Virus record (IMG/VR): IMGVR_UViG_3300044701_002737
Location: 1-27,004 of that record
Direction: 5' to 3' (one strand)
DNA from: a virus
Lineage: Duplodnaviria; Caudoviricetes
Length of the DNA stretch: 27,004 bases
Shown: positions 10,002-21,500 of the stretch, piece by piece
Layout: every line of letters starts with the position of its first letter
Position numbering within the stretch: the first letter of the stretch is position 1
Position numbers and translations under genes: made by a program
The notes under the pieces: generated by a model
What the model was told of the DNA's origin: nothing
The model's input: the letters and a program-made list of their open reading frames with translations, nothing else
Databases searched by the model: none

Positions 10002-11300
10002 ATGCCTATTAACCAATTATCTCAAAGTAATACCTTCGCTCAATGGTTAGTTGCAACACAAGCTCTCATTGAAAAATGGAACTTTTATGAAGATACCTCT
10101 AATTTAGTATTGGATACAGCAAATACTGTATATGAAAGAGGTAATGTAATTGCAAATTCTGAAGCATTAGTTTTAAATACAGCAAATGCTGTATTTGCAG
10201 AAGCAAATATAATTTACAATACTGCAAATACCGTATTCAATACTAATAGTGCAATAACAAATACTGCAACAATTATTTTTGATTTTGTTGATAACGCTTA
10301 TGATGTAGCAAATGCTGTATTTTTATATGCCAATTTATCTTATGCACACGCAAATGGTTCTTATAGTCATTCAAATGGGGCTTTTGATCGTGCAAATATA
10401 GTATTTACACATGCTAATGGTGCCTATGATTTTGCAAATTCAGCTTATAATTTTGCAAATGTTTCTTATGAGTTTGCTAATAATATTTATGAGGCAGCAA
10501 ATACAGCAAATACACTATCTATCGAATCATTTATTTTAGCAAATTCAACATATGGATTAGCAAATGGCGCCTATGAATTTGCTAATGCGGCTTATAATTT
10601 TGCTAATGTTTCTTATTCTCATGCAAATTCTTCATATGAACATTCAAATGCAGCATATACTTTAGCTAATGGTGCTTATGAATTTGCAAACTCAGGTTAT
10701 AGTTATGCTAACACAATTTATGAATTTTCTAATAACGCAAACATAATTTCTATTAGTTCTTATGCACACGCTAACGGTGCTTTTGATCATGCCAATGGAG
10801 CAAATATAACAGCTCAAAATGCATTTGATTTGGCAAATTTAGCTATACAAAATGTTTTCCAAACTATAGATGATACAGTTTCTTCTAATACAATATACCC
10901 AGCAATGTTGTTGGCCACATCTGGTGTTCCAAATAGAGCATATGTCTCATCAACAAAACTATATTATAATGTAGAAACTGGACAATTAAGTGCAACAAAT
11001 TTTAATTCTCTTTCCGATCTAAATAAAAAGAATAACATCATAACTCTTGAAAATGCTTTAAATTCTGTTATGAATTTAAGAGGTGTTTCTTTTACTTGGA
11101 AAGACACACAACAAAAGGCAATTGGTGTTATAGCTCAAGAAATAGAACAAGTAATCCCAGAAGTAGTTTCGACTAACAACGAGGGTGAAAAATCTGTTTC
11201 TTATGGCAACATAGTAGGTCTTCTAATTCAAGCCATAAAAGAATTGAAAAAAGAAGTAAATGATCTACGAGAAATTATAAATAAACTAAACACCAAATAA
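10002..11300 (+). CDS. Heptad-repeat fibre protein with C-terminal intramolecular chaperone / peptidase S74 autocleavage domain
   Basis: About 30 heptads of A-N-x-[AS]-[YF]-x-x, then SDLNKKNNI...LRGVSFTWK...IGVIAQEIEQVIPEVV...VSYGNIVGLLIQAIKEL plus a terminal coiled coil, the signature of the endosialidase-type chaperone. Ser338 (nt 11013) has a Lys at +5. Confidence 0.82.
   Translation: MPINQLSQSNTFAQWLVATQALIEKWNFYEDTSNLVLDTANTVYERGNVIANSEALVLNTANAVFAEANIIYNTANTVFNTNSAITNTATIIFDFVDNAYDVANAVFLYANLSYAHANGSYSHSNGAFDRANIVFTHANGAYDFANSAYNFANVSYEFANNIYEAANTANTLSIESFILANSTYGLANGAYEFANAAYNFANVSYSHANSSYEHSNAAYTLANGAYEFANSGYSYANTIYEFSNNANIISISSYAHANGAFDHANGANITAQNAFDLANLAIQNVFQTIDDTVSSNTIYPAMLLATSGVPNRAYVSSTKLYYNVETGQLSATNFNSLSDLNKKNNIITLENALNSVMNLRGVSFTWKDTQQKAIGVIAQEIEQVIPEVVSTNNEGEKSVSYGNIVGLLIQAIKELKKEVNDLREIINKLNTK
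10119..10853 (+). repeat. Degenerate 21-nt / 7-aa coding repeat (ANGAYEF-type heptads)
   Basis: In-register heptads such as ANLSYAH ANGSYSH SNGAFDR ANIVFTH ANGAYDF ANSAYNF ANVSYEF. DNA shows recurring gc(a/t)aat every 21 nt. Confidence 0.85.
11276..11283 (+). promoter_or_regulatory. Candidate T4-type late promoter (TATAAATA)
   Basis: Exact consensus about 40 nt upstream of the ATG at 11323, followed by a Shine-Dalgarno sequence. Confidence 0.5.
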
Positions 11301-11312
11301 AGCCTAGTTCAC

Positions 11313-11317
11313 AGGAG
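11313..11317 (+). promoter_or_regulatory. Shine-Dalgarno sequence (AGGAG)
   Basis: acAGGAGcgaagATG, with 5 nt between AGGAG and the ATG at 11323. Confidence 0.7.
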
Positions 11318-11322
11318 CGAAG

Positions 11323-11814
11323 ATGGCAATAAAGATTCAAGGCACGACAGTCATTGATGACAGTCGTAACATCACTAATGCTAATACCGCAGAATTTACC
11401 GGTAATACGCATATCAAACTACCAGCAGGTACAACTATACAGAGACCAGGTGTTCCTGTTCAAGGTATGTTCCGTTACAACACAACGGAAGAAAAATTTG
11501 AAGGATATACAGCAAAAGGTTGGGGCTCAGTTGGTGGTGGAGGTTTTGAAGAAGTAGAAATTGTTTCTTCTAACCAAGTCGCTAATGTTGGTTCTCTACA
11601 TGTGATTATAAATACTTTAACATTGACACTACCAACAAATCCTTCTTCAGGAGATTTAGTTGGTGTGTCTAATAGAAGTGGTAATACAGATGTGATTATT
11701 TCTAGAAATGCAAAAAACATCATGGGTATTGCAGAAAATATGACCATTGATGTTCCTGACGCAGGTTTTACATTAATTTATACTGACGAAACGAGAGGAT
11801 GGGTGATTATATAA
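11323..11814 (+). CDS. Small tail-fibre-associated / connector-like protein
   Basis: Contains LPAGTTIQRP....GMFRYNT....FEGY, a motif recurrent in T4-like fibre proteins, and a C-terminal TLTLP.NPS.GD.V...RN..NIMG...LIY....GW module resembling the small beta domain of gp9/gp10/gp34-type proteins. Good SD. Confidence 0.6.
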   Translation: MAIKIQGTTVIDDSRNITNANTAEFTGNTHIKLPAGTTIQRPGVPVQGMFRYNTTEEKFEGYTAKGWGSVGGGGFEEVEIVSSNQVANVGSLHVIINTLTLTLPTNPSSGDLVGVSNRSGNTDVIISRNAKNIMGIAENMTIDVPDAGFTLIYTDETRGWVII

Positions 11815-12576
11815 ATGAGTGAACATGATATTATTGATGGTGACAAAAAAGTTCCAATAGTTTTAACAAATGCAGGTAAAGGTAAGAAGATTTTTATTGG
11901 AACTCCTGCATATGAAGGAAAAGTTCATGTGCCTTATGCTATGTCTTTGCTTGATACTAATGAGATACTCCGTATGCAAGGTTATGAGGTTTTAGTTCGT
12001 TTACCTGTAGGTGGTTCTTTATTAGTGGCTGATAGAAATCGAATACTTCAAATGTTTTGGGAAACTGAAGCTGATTACTTATTGTGTGTTGATAGTGATT
12101 TAGGTTGGGATCCAAGAGTTGTATTGAAACTTTTGAATGATATACAAAGTAATAAAAAAGAATTTGTAGCTGGTGTTTATCCATCGAGAGATGGTAAAGG
12201 GTTTAACTTTAGGCCAGAACAAGAACCTGACGGTAGAATCGTCATGTGTCCTGATAGTAAACTTTTGAAGATGCAATATATACCAGCTGGTTTTATGTTG
12301 TTTACAAGAGATGTTGTACGAAAGTTAAGAGAGAACAACCCTCAAAGATTTTACACACCAAAAGATCCAAGAAGCAAAACAGAAAGCGCATACTGTTTGT
12401 TTGATACTGAGGTGTGGGAGGGTGAGTTTTGGGGTGAAGATTATGTTTTTTGTCGTAGGGTTCGTGAATGTGGTGTAGATATATGGGTTGATCCATTAAT
12501 TGAATTTAATCATGCAGGTGTGGTGGGTTCTCTTATCGAAGCGCTAACTACTGATCCTAATAAAGCACAGAAATGA
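11815..12576 (+). CDS. GT-A fold (family 2-like) glycosyltransferase
   Basis: IFIGTPAY first strand, 'S.L...RN', YLLCVDSD (DxD), GFML..R, GEDYVFCRR and WVDP.I...H.G are the typical motifs of phage GT2-like enzymes. Abuts the upstream gene (TAAATG) and overlaps the downstream gene (ATGA). Confidence 0.8.
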   Translation: MSEHDIIDGDKKVPIVLTNAGKGKKIFIGTPAYEGKVHVPYAMSLLDTNEILRMQGYEVLVRLPVGGSLLVADRNRILQMFWETEADYLLCVDSDLGWDPRVVLKLLNDIQSNKKEFVAGVYPSRDGKGFNFRPEQEPDGRIVMCPDSKLLKMQYIPAGFMLFTRDVVRKLRENNPQRFYTPKDPRSKTESAYCLFDTEVWEGEFWGEDYVFCRRVRECGVDIWVDPLIEFNHAGVVGSLIEALTTDPNKAQK

Positions 12577-15500
12577 GTTTTCTAAGTAACACACAATATC
12601 TAATACAAACATCAGTTTTTAACAGAAGTAAAGTAGGAGAACCTATACCAGTTATTACTGGTACACATAAAGATCCTCCTAACACTTTAGCCAATGGTAT
12701 TTTTGTTAAAACTGATGCTGTATATTCAAGACAAGATTATCCAGAATTAGCTAATGCAGTAGGTACAATTTTTCTAACACAGAAACCTTTAATAGCTAAT
12801 TTAAGAGGAGGATTTTCTGGTGTTACTTCAAACTTAAATTCAGTATTATATGTAACTCCAACATCAACATATATTGCTGTTGGAGATAACGGTACAGTTT
12901 TAACATCAGCTAATGCAATTATCTGGACCACAAGAACATCTGGAACAACTAATAAATTATTTTCTGTCACACATGGTAATGGTCTGTACCTTGCTGGTGG
13001 ACTAGACGGCACTTTAAGATCATCGACGAATGGTATCACATGGACAACAAGAACAGCTCCAACAAGTAGTACAATATTTACAGTTGGTTATGGCAACGGA
13101 AACTTTTTTATAGGTGGTTATCCTTTTGTTCATTCTTCAACAGACGCAGTAACTTGGAGTACGAATCTATATAACACGACGACTGGTTATGGAAACAGAA
13201 CATTTACTTCTTTCTTTTATGGAAACGGAATTTATCTTTGGGGTACAGACAACGGAAATATATTTTCTGGAAATACTCCTTCAGAATTAGTGACATATAA
13301 AGGAGGTGTTCCTGGTTGGGCAAGTCAGATTGCTTATGGTAATAGTAAATATGTCGTTTCATCATATTCTGGTGATGTCGGTTACATTTATACATCAGCA
13401 AATACTTTAAACGGAAGTTGGTCATCGACATATGGTACAGGTGGTGCTCCTAGATATTCTTTAGCATATACTAATTCTCAATTCTTTTCTTCTGGTCAAT
13501 CTACTTCTTGTACGCAGATATCATTATCTTCAACAGATGCAGTAACATGGTTTACAAGAACACCTTTAACTGAAACTGTCACTTCAATTGGTTCTCTAAC
13601 TTCTCCATCTATAGTTTCTATGACTGTAAATGGTAATACGGTTGTAGAAGTTGGAAGTACAGGTTACGTTGGTGTTTTTGATTCTGTTCGAGCATCCGAC
13701 TCTTATCCATTATATTATAACCCTACTACTCATTTTTATGTTCCTCCTTTCACTACAATACCTGCTCCTTTTGATCTTGCTGATGGTTCAACTGCAAAAA
13801 TAACTTATTATGTTAGAGCAAAAAACACAGGAACAACAGGTCTTCAAGCACCAGGATTTATTTTTTCACCTTATATAACAAACTATGGTTATAATGAACC
13901 TTCAGAATTATTAAATGGTAAAATTGTAAAGTCAAATAGTGTATTTTTAAAGACACAATATCCAGATTTATACGACCAAATAGGATCAGTTAGAGCTTCA
14001 CCTTGGACTCCAGCAAACACATTAAATGTTGCTGTAGCTAATACACTTACAAAAGTTTTATATTCTTTAGGAAATTATATTGTTGTTGGAGCCAATTCTA
14101 CAATATTGACCTCAGCTGATGGTGCAAACTGGTCAGTTCAAGGTACATCTAGAGATACAGATGCATATTCAGATATTGCTTACGGAAAAGGTGTTTATTT
14201 AATATCTGGTAGAAACGGAATAATTGGATCTACAGACCCATTAAACTGGGGTGGTGGATCAGCATTTAATTCTACTATTTTAGTACAAGAAGGTGTAAGT
14301 CAATTAGCACAAACACAATATGGAAATGGAACATATGTTGTTTTTGGTTACAATAGTAGTTTCGGTGTCTATGTTCATAACTATTCTACAGACGGTGGTA
14401 GAACATGGCAAAGAGGCAGCACATCTCAGACACAAACTACCCCTGTAAATTGTTCAGTTTATGGTAATGGAGTTTTCGTTTTTGTCGGCCGAGCAGATAA
14501 TGTTTATTATGGACCTTCAACAAGTATAAGTCGAGCATCAATTGGTGGCACAGCAGGCACTTCAGCCATTTCTGGTGCGTGTTATGGTGGCGGTCAGTTT
14601 GTGTTGGTGGGACAAAGTGGTGTTATAGCAACTTCACCAAACGGTTCTAGTTGGACACAAAGAACATCTAACACAACATCATATTTGTATGGCACAACAT
14701 ATGGTAATGATTTTTACTTAGCTGGCGGTGATAATGGAGTTCTACTTTCTTCTGAAATTGGTACAACCTGGGACACAAGAACATCTGGAACGACAAGCAC
14801 AATACTTTCTATGGCATATGGTAAAGGCACATATGTCTATGCAACAACAGGTGGTGGACTAGCAACATCGACCAACGGTATAACATGGGTACAAAGAACT
14901 TCAGGTCTTTCTTCAAACATCAATAAATTAATTTATATAAATTCTGGTTATTTCTTGTTAGGTGATAATTTAGGAAATTTAAGAAGTTCAACAGATGCTA
15001 TTACTTGGTCTTCAGTACCTAATAATTCAGGTTCATCAGAAATCTATAATCTTGGTACAGATGATGTTGGTTATTTTTATATTGTAAATGGTACTAGAAA
15101 TTGGTATTACTCTAGTTCTTTTGGTTCTGGTGGTAATTTTGGCCTTTCCACAACATCATCTATACAATCAATGATTTATGCTAATGGTTCTTTTTGGTAT
15201 GCTGGTGTAAATGGAATTTTAGGAACATCTACTGATGCTGTTAGTTGGGATGTTTATCCTGCTACAGCAAGTCCTTCTGGATCAACAACAACAATTTATA
15301 CAGTTGCTTATGGTAATGGACTATTTTTCTATGGTGATTATAATGGAAGAATTGCTACATCTCCAAACGGAATAACTTGGACAGCCCCTGCTTCTGGCAC
15401 AAATCAACAATTATATTCATCTGCATATGGAAGAACACTATACTTGGTTGGAGGTAGTAGTGGTAATTTAAGATCGTCTACAGACGGCACCACATGGCTC

Positions 15501-18500
15501 ACAAGAACTTCTGATACAACAAGTTGGATTTATACTATAAATTATAGTAATGGCCTACACTACCTTGGAGGTTCTGGAGGTTTACTATCAACATCAACGG
15601 ATGGTATTACATGGGACACTTATCCTAAGTTTTCAACAACAGGTACAACTTCGCAAATAAACAGTATCATTTATAATAGTGGTGTTTATCTACTTGGTGG
15701 TACAGGAGGTATGTTAAGAATATCAGCCAATGGTATAGTTTGGGATACTGTTACTTCTGGAACCGCAAGCACAATTAATAACGTATATTATGTCAATGGA
15801 GTTTATCATTATGTTGGTGACACAGGTGCTATAGGATCTTCAACAAATAGAATAACTTGGGTTTCTAGAGTTTCAAATACCTCAAGTAACATAAGAAATA
15901 TAATGTATGCTAATGGTGTTTTCGTTTATGTTGGTTCTGGAGGAACTTTAGGTACTTCTACAGATTACTTGACTTGGGATGTTTTCCCAAGAGTTGTTAG
16001 TTCTGGAACAACAAGTTTAATTAGAACATTCACATACGGTACAGGTCTTTATCTTTACGGAACAGATGGTGGTGGAATTTCAACATCAACAGATTCTTTT
16101 AACTGGAATGCTAGAACATCTGGAACTACAAGTGCAATTATAACATCTGTATACAATGCAGGCCTATTTTTAGTTGCTGGTGCCGGTGGTATGTTAAGAA
16201 GTTCTACTGATGCAGTTACATGGGACACAAGAACATCTTTAACCACAAGTCAAATAAACAAAATACTTTTCAACAACGGTGTTTATGTTTATTCTGGTGT
16301 TGGAGGGGTTGTGGCCAACTCTACTGATGGAGTTGATTGGTCAGTATTTCCAAGATTTTCTACATCAGGCACCGCAAGTTTAATAAACACAATAGTATAT
16401 AATAATGGTCTATTTGTTTACGGCACAAACGGAACAACCTCAGATGGTGTTATAAGAACATCAACTGACGCAATCACATGGGCAACAAGAACATTTGGTG
16501 TTACAGGTACAGTTAGTGTAATAAGATATGGACAAGGACTTTATACTGCTGGTGGAACAACAGGTATACTTAGAACATCAACTGACGCAATTACATGGGA
16601 TGCCAGAACATCTTTAACAACGAGTCAAATATTTTCAATGGCTTATGGTAATGGATTATTTGCTTTTTCTGGCGCCGGCGGTGTTTTAGGAACTTCTACT
16701 AATGCAGTAACATGGTCTGTATTTCCAAGATTTTCTACATCAGGTACTACAAGTCAAATCAATGCATTAATTTATAACAACGGACTTTTCATGTATGGTA
16801 CAACTGGTGCTACAGCTGCTACCGTACTGAGAACTTCTACTGATGCAATCACATGGGATGTAGTTAATAACTTTGGAATAGCAACAACAGTTTTCGCTTT
16901 AAGTTATGGAACTTCTAGATATGTTGCAGCTGGTGCTTCAGGCAATTTAAGAACTTCTTCAGATACAATAACTTGGGATGCTAGAACATCTTTAACAACG
17001 AGTCAAATTAATGCATTAACATATGGTAATGGTAAACATGTTTATGCTGGTGCCGGTGGTGTTGTTGCTAACTCTTTAGATGCTATAAATTGGGATGTAT
17101 TTCCTCGTTTTGTTACAACAGGAACATCTTCTGATATCTACGGTATGACATATGGTAATGGCGTTTTCTTTTATGCTGGTTTAAATAATGCAGCAGGTTC
17201 TTCTACAGACGGTATTACATGGACAACCAGAACTCCTGGAGCAGTAGCTGGTTTAGAACATAGAGCAGTCACTTATGGAACAAGATTTGTTTTAGCATCT
17301 GATGCTGGTGATTTAAGAACATCTTCTGATACAGTAACATGGGAATCTCGTTCATCATTTACTACGAGTAATCTTCGTGCAATAGAATATGGAAATGGAA
17401 AATATTTGTTTGTTGGAGATGGAGGTATAGTATCTAACTCTACTGATGGTGTTCAGTGGGAAACTTTCCCAAGATATTATACACATGGAACATCTTCTGA
17501 CATTTACTCAATGGTTTACGGTAATGGAATATTTGTCTTAGGTGGTGCTACAACTAATATTAAAACCTCTACAGATGGTATTACTTGGGACACTAGAACA
17601 TCTAGTGCTGCTGTAACACACAGATCATTAAGATATCAAAATGGTTTTTATATTTTAGGATCAGACAGTGGTAACTTACAAACTTCTACTGATGCGATCA
17701 CATGGGTTTCTAGAGTATCAGGAACAACTAGTGCAATTTATGGACTAACAAGCAATGCAACAAATACATTATATGTTAAGTGTGGTATAGGTGGTTTTAT
17801 AGGAACTTCAACTGATGCTATTCTTTGGGATGTTTATCCAAGATTTCCTACTACAGGCACATCAAGTCAAATTGCAGCAACTTTAATTGCAAATAACTTA
17901 TATCTATATTCAACTCTTACTGGAGGTTTAGGAACATCTACTGATGGTGTCACATGGACAGCACAAACTTCTGGTACAACAAGTAACATAAATGCATTGG
18001 CTTTTGGTGCAAATTTATACACCTATGCTGGAGCAGGTGGTGTATTATCAACTTCTACTAACGGTGTTACATGGACAGCACAAACTTCTGGAACATCATC
18101 TCAAATTAACGCATTAATATATGCAAACTCAAGGTATGTTTTTGGTGGTGCTGCTGGTCTAATAGGTTATTCTACAAATGGTACTTCATGGACAATAGCT
18201 GCTTCTGGAACAACTAGTGCAATAAATGCTTTAACATATGGAAGAAATTTATATCTTGCAGCTGGTGATGGTGGTAATATAAGGAGTTCAACAAACGGTA
18301 TTACATGGGACACAAGAACATCTCTAACCACAAGTCAGATATTAGCTTTAACATATAGTAACGGTTTATTTTTAATGACCGGTGGCGGCGGTATGTTGCG
18401 ATCTTCAACAGATGGTATTACATGGGATACAAGAACATCTGGAACAACAACAGTACTTCGTGCATTAACTGCTTATAGAAATAGATTTGTTTTAGCAGGT

Positions 18501-21500
18501 AACGGTGGATTAATTAGAACATCTACTGACGGAATTACTTGGACTACAGAAGTAACTGGAACAACAGGAATAATTTATTCGTTGTCCCCATCATCTACAG
18601 ACTTAATATATGGTGCTGCATCAGGACAAATAGGTACTTCAAAGAAGACTTTTTTTGGATCAAGAACGACAAGTAATTTATTGAGTATGTCTTTTGGTGC
18701 AGGACTTTATGTTGCAGTTGGTGCTAGTGGTGTTGTACTAACATCAACCGATGCGGTATTTTGGGAATCAAGAACTTCAACTACTGCAAGTCAATTAAAT
18801 GAAATTAAGTTTTTTGGTAATCAATTTATTGCAGCTGGAGTTGGAAGTGCATTAATAACTTCTCCTGATGGTATTACATGGACAGCCAGAACTTATGGTA
18901 CATCTACTACACTAAACTCTATTTCTTATTATAAGAATCAATATTTTGTTCTTGGAAATGGTGGAAATATAAGAAGCTCTACTGATGCAATCACATGGGA
19001 AGTTAGAACCGGAAAACTTAATACAATATGGTATACGAGTACATTTGGTAAAGGAACTTTCTTATACGCTGGCCAAGCTGGTAATATAGGCATTTCAAGA
19101 AATAATTTCTTTGGCATTGAAACTACTAGTATAATGTATGGTCTGACATATGGCAACAGTCGTTATGTTGCTGGTGGTGCTGGTGGTGCAATATTTACTT
19201 CTACTGATTCAGAACATTGGGTAAGTAGAACATCTGGAACAACAAGTCAAATAAATGCATTATTGTTCCAAAATAATACTTTTGTCGCAGCAGGAGCTGG
19301 TGGAAATATAAGAAATTCTACAGATGGCATCACTTGGGTCACAAGAACATCTGGAACAACAACATCTTTAAATGCATTAAGTTATTACAAAGGCAGATTT
19401 TTTGTTAAGGGTGCTTCTGGTTTTATTTCTAGTTCTACAGACGGCATCACATGGGAAACAAGAAGTTCAAAAACTGGTAATATACTTTATGCTGGTATAT
19501 ACGGTAATGGTGTTTACTTATATGCTGGTCAGTCTGGTTTAATGGGAATTTCTAAAAATAATTTCTTTGGTATTGAAACTACTAGTATAATTTATGGTTT
19601 AACATATGGCAATGGTCAATATGTTGCTGGTGGTGCTGGTGGTGCAATATTTACTTCGACAGATTCACAAACTTGGATTCAAAGAACTTCAAATACTTCA
19701 AGTCAAATCAATGCAGTATTCTACCAAAACGGCCTTTATGTAGTTGCTGGTGCAGGTGGATTAATATCAACTTCACCAGATGCAATTAACTGGACAACAA
19801 GAACCTCTGGAACTGCCACCGCATTTAACTCTTTAGGTTTTTATAGAAACAGATATTTTGCACAAGGAACTTCTGGTGTCATGAGAAGTTCTACAGACGG
19901 TATTACATGGGAAACAAGAAGTTCAAAAACAGCATCATTAATCACATCTGTTGCTTATGGCAATAATACTTATCTTTATGCTGGTGCTGGTGGTCTTGTA
20001 GGCATATCCAATGATAACAATTTCTTTGGTATTGAAACTGATCAAGTGATTTATGGTATGTCTTTTGGTAATGGTGTTTATGTTGCAGGTGGCGGAGCTG
20101 GTGTAATATTTACTTCTACTGATACTAAAACTTGGATTCAAAGAACATCAGGCACATCATCTCAAATTAATGCTGTAGATTTCCAAAATAATTTACATAT
20201 AGCCGCAGGTTCAAATGGTTTAATTTTAACATCACCTGATGCTATCAATTGGACAACAAGACCTTCAGGAACAACTCAAGTATTAAGTTCTTTAGGTTAC
20301 TACAGAAATAGATATTTTGCAGGTGGAGCTTCAGGAACTTTAATTAGTTCTACAGATGGTGTTACATGGGAAACAAGAAGTTCAAAAACAGCATCGTCAA
20401 TAAATGCTATGACATACGGTAATGATACATTTGTCTATGCAGGTGCTGGAGGTTTAGCTGGTATTTCTAAAAATAATTTCTTTGGTATAGAAACATCTCA
20501 AAACATAAATGATGTTACATTTGGATTAGGTTCTTATGTTGCTGTTGGTACAGCAGGAGTAATTTTTACTTCTACAGATGCAAGAACATGGGTTTCTAGA
20601 ACGTCTGGTACTTCAACACAATTAAATAGTGTTTTCTTCTTAAATGATAGATTTGTTACAGCTGGTGTTTCTGGTGTATTAAGAACATCAACAGATGGTG
20701 TTACATGGGACGCAAGAAATTCTGGAACCATCAGTACAATAAACAAAGTAGATTATTTCAGAAATAATTATGTTTATGTTGGTGATGGTGGTGTTGCAGG
20801 TAGTTCTACTGATGCTGTTACTTGGAATTCAGTTTTTTCTGGAACAACATCACAATTAATAACATCAATTTATTCAAATGGAGTTTATGTGAGTGGTGGT
20901 GCTGGTGGCACAATCAGACCATCAAAAAATACATTCTTTGGTGCAAACACATCTTTACAATTAAATTCTACTTCTTACGGAAGAAATGTGTATGTTACAG
21001 TTGGATCTACTGGCACTTTAAGATCATCTACAGATGCAATTACTTGGGAAGTTAGAACCGCAAGTACCACTTCAGATTTTAATGATGTTGTTTACTATAA
21101 TATTGCAGTAAGTCCAACAGAAACAACTAATATTAATAATATTTCTACAAGAGCTTATCAGTATTATAGATTTACGATCAATGCTTGGAATACAAGGTCA
21201 TCTTATGATTATGTTGGTGTAGCAGAAATAAGATTATATGATTTTGGAGGAAATTTAGTCACAATTTCTTCCGCTAATGCCACATCTAGTTATGATACAG
21301 TAAACTATGTTGCTTCAAGAGTCATAGATAATTTAGATTCTACTAACAATAATGGATGGTATTCTGGTACTGGAGGTAATGCAGAAACTAATCCAAAAAT
21401 AACATTGAATCTTCCAGTCGCAACACCAATTAGAAGATATAGAATTTATGGTAATAATGATAGTAGTATAGATATTTCGGCTAATAGTTGGGTGTTAGAA

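Noticed and set aside
11607-11614. Additional TATAAATA match
   Set aside because: It is mid-gene, about 200 nt from the next start, and expected by chance at this AT content.
19101-19666. Near-identical ~110-nt DNA repeats (19101 and 19557) as a possible diversity-generating retroelement TR/VR pair
   Set aside because: Differences are mostly C/T and other third-position changes rather than adenine-specific, both copies are in-frame coding units of the 456-nt repeat, and no reverse transcriptase is present in the window.
16344-20389. Identical 26-mers recurring at regular spacing, as a possible CRISPR array
   Set aside because: Spacing is 375-459 nt, the intervening sequences are homologous coding repeats, and there are no cas genes.
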